DNA of 64,000 nucleotides from a virus: IMG/VR virus record IMGVR_UViG_3300020204_000007, positions 32,001 to 96,000 of that record; one strand, 5' to 3'. Shown piece by piece: positions 38,299 to 47,843 of this stretch (position 1 is its first letter; each line of letters starts with the position of its first letter). The notes under the pieces were generated by a model. It saw only the letters and a program-made list of their open reading frames with translations, ran no database searches and was not told where the DNA came from. The position numbers and the translations under genes were made by a program.

Positions 38299-39630
38299 TT
38301 AAAATAAACGTTTATTGAGACTTGATTTGATAGTTTCACTATCTGGTTTTTTGATCCAAACCATATTTTTAATATCAATGACTGCAACGCCAGGAAATTT
38401 AATCAAATTTCTGTAATCAACTCCATATCCTCTATTTGCAGTAATATTTTTAGCTCTGTGATAACCGTTTTTATAATATCCATCATTAAGAACTTTCCTT
38501 AGTTCTTCATTATCAGTATCTAAAATAAATAAATAACTAGATTTAAATCCATAAATTGCATAAATTTCTGTATTTTGCCGACCAGCTTGTTTAAAGCCCC
38601 CAACTTTAGATTTCGCTTCGGAAGAAGCTCCCTTGTCCATTTCAATAAAAACATTAGGAGAATCAGTAACTTTTCCAAGTTCGTTATATACTTTATCTTG
38701 GCAAGCGGCGTTAAAAATACCATCGCTTTTAATTTCTACACGACCGCCATTTGGCAGTCCAATATCCATTGAAGCTCTCTTCTCATTACCTCTAGGAAAT
38801 GCACCATCCAAAAACAATGGGACAAGAAGAGTTTCTAATTTATTAGAAAGTTCATATTTTTCTTTTCTTGAATCAGTATTTTTAATCATTTCTGCAACTT
38901 TATTAATTTCTTTTACATTTAATTTAAGTTTTTCTGCAGTAATTTTAATGCTTTCTGATTCAGAAAGAGGATTTGCTTTCTTGCTAGAAACCACAGTTTT
39001 TTTAGGAGTATTTTTTAGTTGCTCGGTTGAAATTTTTGTTAAACTAAAATCTTTTTCGTTTCTTTTAAGAGCGTGAATAAAAGTCCTGATCATTAAAATA
39101 TTATCTTCGTATGCATTGTGCGGAACAATTTCTTTAATTCCACTGCGTTCAGCACATATTTGCATAGAAGGAACACCGTATTTATCGTTTGGCATAGCAA
39201 ATAAAATTGCTGGATCAACAACCTGAAATGGACTAACAGCTAAAGTTTCCTTGATAGTTTTAGGAATAAAATGCCAGTCAAATGAAGGATTTCTGATAAG
39301 AAATTTCCAATCTCGTCGATCTAGAGTGTGTTTTTTAAGAAATGAAATGCTTTGGCTGATCCATTCTTCTAAGCCCATAACTGGAAGCTCTGCATTTTTA
39401 GAACGAATTTTTTTTAGAATTTCTACAGTTTGTAATTTTTCTGTAAAAAGCGTATCTAACTCGACTACATAATTATCTTGTTGAATATATGCAGAAAAAT
39501 GAGGCAAATCAAAAGGATTTTCACAAATCTTTTGGCTATCGAAAACGACCCAAGATGCATTAATAAGTGATTCTGGAGATCTATAATTTAAAGATGTAGT
39601 TTCGCAATCAAACGCTATGTAAATAGTCAT
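38299..39630 (-). CDS. DEDDh 3'-5' exonuclease fused to a PD-(D/E)XK-like domain
   Basis: FDCETT, NPSFD and HNAYED; C-terminal MDIG...VEIKSD; AGGAG SD before ATG 39630. Confidence 0.7.
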   Translation of the reverse strand: MTIYIAFDCETTSLNYRSPESLINASWVVFDSQKICENPFDLPHFSAYIQQDNYVVELDTLFTEKLQTVEILKKIRSKNAELPVMGLEEWISQSISFLKKHTLDRRDWKFLIRNPSFDWHFIPKTIKETLAVSPFQVVDPAILFAMPNDKYGVPSMQICAERSGIKEIVPHNAYEDNILMIRTFIHALKRNEKDFSLTKISTEQLKNTPKKTVVSSKKANPLSESESIKITAEKLKLNVKEINKVAEMIKNTDSRKEKYELSNKLETLLVPLFLDGAFPRGNEKRASMDIGLPNGGRVEIKSDGIFNAACQDKVYNELGKVTDSPNVFIEMDKGASSEAKSKVGGFKQAGRQNTEIYAIYGFKSSYLFILDTDNEELRKVLNDGYYKNGYHRAKNITANRGYGVDYRNLIKFPGVAVIDIKNMVWIKKPDSETIKSSLNKRLF

Positions 39631-39679
39631 ATATTCTCCTTGTATCGAAAATATATATGTATATAGCTGTATTGAATAG

Positions 39680-40042
39680 CTATAAAATATTGGCAAGTAT
39701 ATCTAGAATAGAATCTTTTGTTTTGCTGTCAATATCATCTTGTTTTTCTTGGTTATTTTTACAAATAATCTGCAAAAATGGAAAACTATCAGTAATATCA
39801 TCGCTTTCCCAAAGCAATTTATAGTGCTTATAATAAGGTTGTCTTGTATAGTAATTACAACAAAATTTTATTGATGGCCAAAAATTCAATTTAAAGAGTT
39901 TACATAATTTTAACCTGTTAGAAATAGATATGTATGCAAGTTGTTCAGAAATTAATTCTTTATCATTATATTTAATAACAATATGGTTTCTATCGTTATT
40001 CCAATCACTCATTTTTGTAAGAAAAAAAATTTTGATGGTCAT
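39680..40042 (-). CDS. Hypothetical protein
   Basis: ORF only. Confidence 0.45.
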   Translation of the reverse strand: MTIKIFFLTKMSDWNNDRNHIVIKYNDKELISEQLAYISISNRLKLCKLFKLNFWPSIKFCCNYYTRQPYYKHYKLLWESDDITDSFPFLQIICKNNQEKQDDIDSKTKDSILDILANIL

Positions 40043-40113
40043 GTATTGTCACTGTTGCGTATTTAAATTAAACGATTAATATAATCTTATCACTAAAAGG
40101 AGTGTTTTTAGCA

Positions 40114-40623
40114 ATGGTAAAGAATGTAGAACTAAAAGCTGTTGTAAAATCTTTTGTTTCTAATGTCACAAGGGAAAAACTAGGCAACGGGGAGCTAGAT
40201 GAAGAAGCTGAAAAAGAACTATCTGCTGTGAAAGACTTTTTCAAAGTTCAAGAGCTTGATAGCGTAGTGAATTTACGACTTTCCCTTGAAAACATGCTAT
40301 GGAAATTGTTTGAAAATGTAAAAGTGCCAGAAAGTCCTCTGCGTTTAAAGGCACATGAAAGATTCCTTGGGCGCGTAGCTGAGAACCTAAAAGCGACGTT
40401 GGATACAGAGCAAATTCCTAAACTAGAAACTGAAGACTTAAAACAAGTTCTCTATATGGTAGAAGATCCAGAAGTTTTTTCTAAACTAGAATTACCATTT
40501 GAATATGCAGCCCAAGATGGAACCGTGCGAGTGCTTCCATTACCTGCAACTAATATTTTGCAAAATGAACAATTTGTTAATACTGTAGATGAGCTCTTTA
40601 TTCCATGCGTGGAGAAAAAATGA
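40114..40623 (+). CDS. Hypothetical protein
   Basis: AAGGAG SD. Confidence 0.7.
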   Translation: MVKNVELKAVVKSFVSNVTREKLGNGELDEEAEKELSAVKDFFKVQELDSVVNLRLSLENMLWKLFENVKVPESPLRLKAHERFLGRVAENLKATLDTEQIPKLETEDLKQVLYMVEDPEVFSKLELPFEYAAQDGTVRVLPLPATNILQNEQFVNTVDELFIPCVEKK

Positions 40624-40976
40624 CAGTAATTGATTTTAAAGAATATTTGAAAAATAAAAAATCAATTGCGCATGCACCAGTTGCAAAAAATTCAGAAATT
40701 TTTCGTTCTGCCCTCTGTATGGAGCTAGAAGCTTTGCTCCGTCAGGGGGGGTTCCCTGCTGTCAAAGTTATGTATCATAAAACAATGTACGTCTTTGTGT
40801 TAAACACAAATTTATGGATGTTTTTTAAAATTAAATTAATGAAATGGTTAAAAATCTTCTCATGGGAAGATTCTATGTTTGCTGCGATCAAAAAAATTGA
40901 TACTGATGCTGAACATCTAAAAATGTTTCGTACATGGCCAAAAGCAAAAACTATTGATCAAATCCTAAATTCTTAG
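40620..40976 (+). CDS. Hypothetical protein
   Basis: ATGA overlap; GGAG SD. Confidence 0.65.
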   Translation: MTVIDFKEYLKNKKSIAHAPVAKNSEIFRSALCMELEALLRQGGFPAVKVMYHKTMYVFVLNTNLWMFFKIKLMKWLKIFSWEDSMFAAIKKIDTDAEHLKMFRTWPKAKTIDQILNS

Positions 40977-41539
40977 AGGCGTTTTTTCTTACGCCCTTTT
41001 TTCTTTTTTTCCGTGATAACACTAGAAATTAATGATTCATCTATTTCTTCTTCTGGACTAGAAGGCAATAAACCTTCTGTGACAGAATTAATTGGAAAAT
41101 ATATATAATCATCAGATGAATCTTCTGATAAAACCCCACCATATTTTTTATGAATTGCTGTAATTTCTTGAACTGTTTTTTGCTTTTTTAATTTTTCAAT
41201 ACCAGAATCATACGCAGCTTTTACTTGTTCTTTTGTAATACCTAATCTTTTTGTTATTTCTGATTCTGAAAAGGACTCGCCTTCATGAATATTCATGAAT
41301 TTAAAAAAGCAATAACTTGATTCATCTTCAGAAATAATCCCCCAAACACAACCGCCAGAATTAATATCTTCTGACATCATATGACCAGGATTGTCTTTGT
41401 ACCATTGAGCCTTTTGTAATCCTAAATTACAAATATCTTGTGGATAATTTTGTAATTTAAGAGGGCAGCAACGTTTAAAACGAGATCTATTATCGTCTTC
41501 AGTGTCAGTCTGGGATGATAATTTTTTGTTGTGCATCAT
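40973..41539 (-). CDS. Cys-rich protein with a sigma-70 region-4-like HTH
   Basis: SESEITKRLGITKEQVKAAYDSGIEKLKK, preceded by CC..C..C..C. Confidence 0.55.
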   Translation of the reverse strand: MMHNKKLSSQTDTEDDNRSRFKRCCPLKLQNYPQDICNLGLQKAQWYKDNPGHMMSEDINSGGCVWGIISEDESSYCFFKFMNIHEGESFSESEITKRLGITKEQVKAAYDSGIEKLKKQKTVQEITAIHKKYGGVLSEDSSDDYIYFPINSVTEGLLPSSPEEEIDESLISSVITEKKKKGRKKKRL

Positions 41540-41768
41540 CCGCAGTCCCCATTTGGTTTTCTTGCTGAGAAAGACTGGCGTTAAATGCTGCCATCCATTC
41601 TTTATCTTTAGATAAAAGATAAGCTACAGCCTTTTCTACTTCTTCTAAACGCCCGAAAAGTTGATATGAATTTGCAATAAACTGATTCAAAGTTTCCTCA
41701 AATTTTGAGGAAAGCTGTTCTTGATTGTCTTGAGACAATTGTTCTTGTGATTCATTCATTTTTTTCAT
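41505..41768 (-). CDS. Hypothetical protein
   Basis: AAGGAG SD; overlapping operon. Confidence 0.65.
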   Translation of the reverse strand: MKKMNESQEQLSQDNQEQLSSKFEETLNQFIANSYQLFGRLEEVEKAVAYLLSKDKEWMAAFNASLSQQENQMGTADDAQQKIIIPD

Positions 41769-42204
41769 CTCCTTCAGTAATTTCTGAATCCATTTTATTT
41801 AAATAGTCTTCGATGTCCATACCAGCATATGTTGTAAGGAAAATTTGAGCAATAATATCTTGTTTCATATTTTCAAATGCTTCAAAATTAATATCTTGTA
41901 AAGAACCAATAAAAGAAACTTGAGAAACTAAAGATTGCGTAATAGCTTTTACTGCCAAAACTCCAAATTTTTTATCATTTTCAGATTTATCACAATATTT
42001 TAAAACTACTTCATCAATTTCTTTCATCATGTCCGACAACCAGACAATCCACTGAGCGGCTTCTGCCTCGTTTATACCTAATTTTTCAATATTATCAGAT
42101 AATTGCTTGTCGGTTTTAATTATTTGTTTTGCTAAACTGAGATCATAGCTAGACTCTTCTTTTTTAGATTTGTCTTTTGATTTAAATTCAAAAATATTAG
42201 ACAT
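41752..42204 (-). CDS. Hypothetical protein
   Basis: GAGGA SD, located inside a hairpin. Confidence 0.7.
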   Translation of the reverse strand: MSNIFEFKSKDKSKKEESSYDLSLAKQIIKTDKQLSDNIEKLGINEAEAAQWIVWLSDMMKEIDEVVLKYCDKSENDKKFGVLAVKAITQSLVSQVSFIGSLQDINFEAFENMKQDIIAQIFLTTYAGMDIEDYLNKMDSEITEGDEKNE

Positions 42205-42205
42205 G

Positions 42206-42249
42206 ATTATTCCTCTTTTATACGTTTTTAAATATAAAAGAGGAATAAT
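42206..42249. promoter_or_regulatory. Perfect 17-bp inverted repeat overlapping the SD of the 41752-42204 gene
   Basis: attattcctcttttata - 10-nt loop - tataaaagaggaataat. Confidence 0.8.
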
Positions 42250-42255
42250 GCAAGG

Positions 42256-44277
42256 TTATTCAGATTTTGAAGATTCGTTTAGAAGTTCTTTAATAGATTT
42301 TCCAGATTTATTTTTAGCATTTAATGCAGTTTTATGCTTTTCATCTGCGTGCTTCATTTTTTGTTCATGTTGCTCTTTTTTCATTTGCATTTCTTGCGCG
42401 TGTTTTTCTTGCATTTGTTTTAATTGTTCTTCGCTCATATTTTGTTCATTTTCAGCCTGAGCTTGCTGTTGTTCTTGCCCATCTTGTTGTTGCTGTTCGC
42501 CTTGTTGTGCTTGTTGTTGCTGTGCTTGCATTTGTTGTTCAGCTTGTTGCATTTGCATTTCAAGCTGTTCGGTTTGCATCTTCATTTGCTCTGCCTGCAT
42601 TTCTGGAATTTTACCGCGTTGTTTTTGGTAAGCATCGTTTAGTGCTGGATCAATGAAAAAATCTAATGCTGGATCTTTTAGAGCTTTTTTATCATGAAAA
42701 AAATGATATCTTAGTTCTGACATTTTCATGTATTTAGCAACTGATGCATGGAATAGTGGAGAAGTAGGGACGTCTCCGCCGAATGGAAAGATATCTAAGC
42801 GTTCGCTATCGGACCATATTTTACCAAACGTACCAGATGTTTGTAATTCTTCTTTGTAAATAGCTAAATCTGCTTCTTTTGTGTTTTGGCCAAGACCAAT
42901 AGGCTCTAATTTTAAAATATCTTTTGCTTGTTCAAAAGAATCACCAACTAAATCATTAAGCAGGTCAAATAGCGCTTCCATTAATTGACGAAGACCGCGT
43001 TCTTCTCCTTGAACAATCTGTTCTTGTTTTCCTGTATCGCCCATTGTTGGTTTTGCAGAATCTAACGCACCAAATCCAATTTCTTGTGGCGAAATCTGAA
43101 ATGCGCCACAAACAATCATTAAAACACGTTGATATAAATTATTAAACTCTAAATCTTTTGCTGTAATGTTTAATGGCACAAATTCAACATCAATAGGGCC
43201 AGCAACAATTGGAATTGTTGCTGAATTATCATTTCTGGCGACATAATTACTAAAAAGTTTCCTAAAAGCTTCTGCTTGCTCTGGACTTACAACACCAGGC
43301 TCTTGTGTTTTTAGATTAATAATGCCTTTTGTCGCTAACCCCTTAGTAAAAGAGTTTTGCAAATATTGTTGGGCATAAAAATGCATTGAAACTGCATAAA
43401 ACGCCTTTTCAATCGGCGCCATTGGATAACCATCTAAATTTTCATGAGCTTGTTTTTGCAAATACGTAACAATTAGATCATTTTCTGTAAAAAATGCGAC
43501 ATTTTTTCCGTCAATTCTTTGCACATATGCAATTGGCCTGCGGCCTTCTTCAATATTTCTATAATCTTTTAGATCCGCTTGTGACTGATCTGATATATCT
43601 TTATCATTAACCGATAAAGTTACTTCTGCTTGATCTAAAACGCGATAAATACTTTCAACTGGAACTGGTCTAAATAAAACCGGAACACCTTCTTTGCTTC
43701 TAATGATTTGTGTAGCGCAGCGCCCATATACTAATAAATTTCTTGATTGAGCACCTAAAAAATCTGCAAGATTACAATATTTAAATGTTGTATCAGAACC
43801 TTGAAATACGTGGTCTAGGATTTTTTTATTAGTTGTTCCACAATTTAAAACAAATTTAACAATCAAATTAGAAAGCTCTGTTCTAAATTTGACTTCTTCT
43901 AATTTTTCTTCTTCGGAAATAGAAGAATCCATTTGCGCTGGAATAACTTCTCGAAGAACAAATCCACGGTCATATTTATTTGCAGATTTACGACCAAACG
44001 CCATCGATTGATTAGCGCGAGTGTCAATAATTAAAGAAATAATTGAGTCATAATATGCAAGTTCACGCAATTCTCTATCGGACATCCGCCCTTTTTTCTC
44101 AAAAAGGCTGTTTGAGCTGGCATTTCTAGATTCAAGGCTAAAAACAGCCTTGCTTTGTTCAATTTTATCTTTAATCAAATCGTTACTTTCTAACGGTTTG
44201 ACAGATTTGTTCAAATCTTCAACAGAAAATGAGACTTGCCCTTGTCTACTTTTTTTTAAAAAATCAAAAAGCCCCAT
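42256..44277 (-). CDS. Portal protein with Gln-rich C-terminal tail
   Basis: IIDTRANQ, YVQRIDG, GYPMAPIE, KDLEF and AFQISPQEIGF resemble SPO1/Twort-type portal motifs; near terL. Confidence 0.88.
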   Translation of the reverse strand: MGLFDFLKKSRQGQVSFSVEDLNKSVKPLESNDLIKDKIEQSKAVFSLESRNASSNSLFEKKGRMSDRELRELAYYDSIISLIIDTRANQSMAFGRKSANKYDRGFVLREVIPAQMDSSISEEEKLEEVKFRTELSNLIVKFVLNCGTTNKKILDHVFQGSDTTFKYCNLADFLGAQSRNLLVYGRCATQIIRSKEGVPVLFRPVPVESIYRVLDQAEVTLSVNDKDISDQSQADLKDYRNIEEGRRPIAYVQRIDGKNVAFFTENDLIVTYLQKQAHENLDGYPMAPIEKAFYAVSMHFYAQQYLQNSFTKGLATKGIINLKTQEPGVVSPEQAEAFRKLFSNYVARNDNSATIPIVAGPIDVEFVPLNITAKDLEFNNLYQRVLMIVCGAFQISPQEIGFGALDSAKPTMGDTGKQEQIVQGEERGLRQLMEALFDLLNDLVGDSFEQAKDILKLEPIGLGQNTKEADLAIYKEELQTSGTFGKIWSDSERLDIFPFGGDVPTSPLFHASVAKYMKMSELRYHFFHDKKALKDPALDFFIDPALNDAYQKQRGKIPEMQAEQMKMQTEQLEMQMQQAEQQMQAQQQQAQQGEQQQQDGQEQQQAQAENEQNMSEEQLKQMQEKHAQEMQMKKEQHEQKMKHADEKHKTALNAKNKSGKSIKELLNESSKSE

Positions 44278-44287
44278 TGTTCACCTA

Positions 44288-45274
44288 TTATTCTAATGTG
44301 CAGCTTTGAACAGAAACGGTGGCTGGTTCTGAATTTTTATTTGTTGCAGAAATATTAACTAAGTTAGTAGTTGTTGCAAACAATGCTGAACCAGCGTTTC
44401 CATTAATAACGGGAAATTCATTATTTGAGCCATCAAAAGATAAATAAATTGTGCTATCAGATTCGATAGTGACAAAATTAATTAATCTGGAATAAAATAA
44501 AAACGGAGTATTAATACCAGCTAAAACGGTCTCGGGAATAATTTGTGGATTATAAAAAATAACATCCCTATCTGTCACATCCATCACTTGAAAATCTTTG
44601 CATTTATTTTCTGAATTAAATGCAGAAGATTGAGCAACTCTCAATTTATCGCCAATTTGTACACCATCGGCAGAAAAAAACCTAATCACAGAATCAAACA
44701 ATGATCCTAAAACAATTCCATTTTCATCGCCAATCATTCCATTATCACGAACAATAACAGAATTTGAAGTCTTAGAAAGAACAACATACCCTCTTCCGAT
44801 TGAAGAAGGATTAAGAGGCGAAGAAAGGCCGGAATCGGACTCTTGTAGATACATAATATCGCCTGGTAATACTGCGCTTAAATTAACTCCACCGCCATTC
44901 AGAGTGATTTGTGAAGCAGATGGGCTCATTCTAGAGGCGGAGTATGTTGTAAGCGCAGAATGAGCAATAGAACGATTGATTCTAAAATTTGGTGAAGACC
45001 CAACTCCAGTCCAACGTAATCTCACAAGATCTGTACCCGATTTAGGCAAAGAAATAGAAAATTCGGAGGCGGCTAAAGATGAACTAATTGTTCGCGCTGT
45101 TGATTGCAATAAAACTGTTTCGCCAGGTAAAACGCTGATAGTTTCACTTATTGGATTAGTGACAGAAAGACCAGTGACTGATGAAAGAAAATCAAAATTT
45201 CTTTGCTTAGGACTTTGCGATGGATTTACATCACTGTAACATAGTCTTGATATATAAAAATTCAAAAGAGCCAT
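44288..45274 (-). CDS. Beta-rich probable virion protein
   Basis: S/V/G-rich; lies between terL and portal. Confidence 0.6.
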   Translation of the reverse strand: MALLNFYISRLCYSDVNPSQSPKQRNFDFLSSVTGLSVTNPISETISVLPGETVLLQSTARTISSSLAASEFSISLPKSGTDLVRLRWTGVGSSPNFRINRSIAHSALTTYSASRMSPSASQITLNGGGVNLSAVLPGDIMYLQESDSGLSSPLNPSSIGRGYVVLSKTSNSVIVRDNGMIGDENGIVLGSLFDSVIRFFSADGVQIGDKLRVAQSSAFNSENKCKDFQVMDVTDRDVIFYNPQIIPETVLAGINTPFLFYSRLINFVTIESDSTIYLSFDGSNNEFPVINGNAGSALFATTTNLVNISATNKNSEPATVSVQSCTLE

Positions 45275-45282
45275 AATTGCCC

Positions 45283-47202
45283 CTAAAATAAAATAGTCGC
45301 GCTACCCGATTTTAACATTTTTTCTGAGTCTTCTTCGTTCTTTTTCTTAATATCTAAGTTATATTCATTTGCATAATGAACCCGTAATGCTTCTTGCATC
45401 CCTTCTACTGTAGTAAAATTTAGCTTTTTTGTAAAATCAAAAGCATCATTTTGATTTGCTTGTATAACACTGGCGTTTGCAGTAATAAAGGGATCTATTG
45501 CGTATCTGAGCGCGTCTGGACCATGAGTAAAATCATCATCTGCAAATTTAGAATAATCATATCCCATCAATCCTCTTGCATATGTCCAATTTTCCATACA
45601 TTTTATTAAAAATGTATTTTTCATATCGTCTAAAATCATAAAATTAGCTTGTTGTCGCATAGCATTCCATAATTTTGAACGAATCCATGCAACACCAGTG
45701 TCAATTGTTAATGGTTTTTCGCCTCTGGCTGGCATATTCATGCTGCCAGCAACAGATGTTGATGATTTATCGGCAGTGTCTGGACATAATAAATCAAAAC
45801 CGTATTTTAAATATATGTTTTCTTTTATAAAGGAAAGCCAGTCTGGATTGGCATATCCTGTTGAATTTTCTGTGTGTAAAACTATTAATTTATCATCAGA
45901 TTTTTTATATGCGACTAAAACAGCAACTGCTGGATCAATGAATCCAAAATCTACTCCACAATGCAATCGCCATCCGTTTTGTCGTAATTCTTTAATCAAT
46001 AATTCTTTTGTTGGTTCAAATAAATTTCCGTATTTGTCTGTTGGAAATACATTAAATGCAAAATTCCATACGTCAGAAATAGGTTTTACATGAACGCTTC
46101 TATTAAATTTATTAAAAACAACACCAGATGACTCTGGCCTTAAGTTCAAGATCTGTGCATTTATTTTATCTGGGTCACTCGCATTTAATAAAGTGTTTTT
46201 AACAAACCCTATATCACGTAACATTTTTGATTTTGATTGTTGTTTAATTGATTTTGTGCGACAGATTGAAAAAACTGGACAAGTTTTGCAACCCTCATAC
46301 GCTAAAATGCCAGAATATGCCATTTTATATTCGGCATTCAATGCTTGATATGCCGGATTTCCAATAACGTCCAGATTTTCAGAATGAACAAATAACATAT
46401 CTCTAGGATGTTCTGGTTTATGTCTTTCTGGAGGACATGGTTGCATCCAATCAACAATTGACCATTTATGCAAACGAATGCCCGAGTTAGGTAAATCAGA
46501 TTCATCTATTTTTTGTTGAATTGGCCCAGATCCAGATTTTCTGGAAGATAAATAAATAAAAATTGGCGGTTTTCCTGATCTATCTGGGTCGGCAATAAAC
46601 GTTGCCTCAGATAAAATGTCTTTATCGATTAAGTCAAGCTCATCAAAAATCAAACAACTTGCGCGTTGGGCGTTTGCAGACTTTTTAGTAGAAACAACAA
46701 CTTGTAATTTACAATAGCCAACTGGTCGAGATGGCGCGGATGGCAACCTATTAAGTTCTTTTATTCGTTTACTGTCTGTTTTAGCAAATGAAGATATAAT
46801 TGGCAGAGCTAAGTATTTATCTAAATATCTAATCGCAGCTAACGATTGATCTAGAATAGCTGCCATATGTACAATATCGCGGGCAAAATGCACCATTAAC
46901 AAAAATTCAATAATAGATGCTGCTAATGTTTTTGCAGAGTTTCGGCTTGCTGCTACAACAAATGTAGTCCTGTTTGGATCGCCGTCTTTTGCTGCGGAAT
47001 AAACATCCCAAATAAAATCTATTGGATTGGAATTACTATTTTCATCTACCGTGCAATCCGGTAAATCAATATCTAGAAAAGTCTTAATCCATTGTTTAAG
47101 TTGTGGTTTTGTGTCACAAACTGCAAAAAATTGTTCTTCATACAGCTCATTAAGAGCTGCATTTAATTGATTTTGATTTGTTATCTCTGTTTTTTTAACC
47201 AT
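45283..47202 (-). CDS. terL: Terminase large subunit
   Basis: ASRNSAKT Walker A variant, LIFDELD Walker B, GVDFGFIDP and HGPDALRYA nuclease motifs. Confidence 0.92.
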   Translation of the reverse strand: MVKKTEITNQNQLNAALNELYEEQFFAVCDTKPQLKQWIKTFLDIDLPDCTVDENSNSNPIDFIWDVYSAAKDGDPNRTTFVVAASRNSAKTLAASIIEFLLMVHFARDIVHMAAILDQSLAAIRYLDKYLALPIISSFAKTDSKRIKELNRLPSAPSRPVGYCKLQVVVSTKKSANAQRASCLIFDELDLIDKDILSEATFIADPDRSGKPPIFIYLSSRKSGSGPIQQKIDESDLPNSGIRLHKWSIVDWMQPCPPERHKPEHPRDMLFVHSENLDVIGNPAYQALNAEYKMAYSGILAYEGCKTCPVFSICRTKSIKQQSKSKMLRDIGFVKNTLLNASDPDKINAQILNLRPESSGVVFNKFNRSVHVKPISDVWNFAFNVFPTDKYGNLFEPTKELLIKELRQNGWRLHCGVDFGFIDPAVAVLVAYKKSDDKLIVLHTENSTGYANPDWLSFIKENIYLKYGFDLLCPDTADKSSTSVAGSMNMPARGEKPLTIDTGVAWIRSKLWNAMRQQANFMILDDMKNTFLIKCMENWTYARGLMGYDYSKFADDDFTHGPDALRYAIDPFITANASVIQANQNDAFDFTKKLNFTTVEGMQEALRVHYANEYNLDIKKKNEEDSEKMLKSGSATILF

Positions 47203-47204
47203 AA

Positions 47205-47843
47205 TTAATCTTTAAATGGGTGAAACCATGTAACAATACAAAATTTATTACCATTAATAACTTTGTGTGCGATATGTTCATATGCATAGTTTGATGGAAA
47301 TAATAATATTGAATTTTTTTTTGGTTTAATTTTTAAATCAAACTTTGTGAATTCTAATTCACCGCCTTGGTAATCATCATTTAAATACATTATACAAGAA
47401 ACTTCTCTAGATTGTGTTAATCCACCGGCATCTGTATGCTTATGGTATACACCGTTCTCTTTATATCTCAAAACATGGTAGCCTTCATCATTTTTGATGA
47501 AAATATCGTGATCATTTGAATAATCTAAAATACTTTTTTTAAAAAATAAAAAGATTAATTTGTCAAATTCTGACATAAAATCATTATTTTTTAAATGACT
47601 AGAAACAAAAAAGGTATCACAAATTCTTAATCCGTTATTATACTGATTTTTTTGTATTGTAGCTGGCTGCCACATTTCTTCTGAAATTTTTGATATAAAA
47701 TCAAAAAAAATACAATTAAATTCATCTGGAAATATATATTGTGTGATGCATGGTCCAATAATATTTTTTTCAAATTCAAATTCCGTAATATTTTCTATTC
47801 CTGCCTTTTCCTTCAAGGAGGCTGCAGTATTTTCTAAATTCAC
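47205..47843 (-). CDS. 2OG-Fe(II) oxygenase (prolyl-4-hydroxylase-like)
   Basis: HTD, YLNDDYQGGELEF, FPSNYAYEH and K...TW motifs; probable GTG start at 47843 with AAGGA SD. Confidence 0.85.
   Translation of the reverse strand: MNLENTAASLKEKAGIENITEFEFEKNIIGPCITQYIFPDEFNCIFFDFISKISEEMWQPATIQKNQYNNGLRICDTFFVSSHLKNNDFMSEFDKLIFLFFKKSILDYSNDHDIFIKNDEGYHVLRYKENGVYHKHTDAGGLTQSREVSCIMYLNDDYQGGELEFTKFDLKIKPKKNSILLFPSNYAYEHIAHKVINGNKFCIVTWFHPFKD

Noticed and set aside
42170-42656. Plus-strand hydrophobic or Cys-rich ORFs opposite the portal gene
   Set aside because: Antisense artefacts of the CAA/CAG-rich portal tail.
29106-47202. Introns or inteins in nrdA, nrdB or terL
   Set aside because: The ORFs are continuous, of ordinary length and show no splicing motifs.
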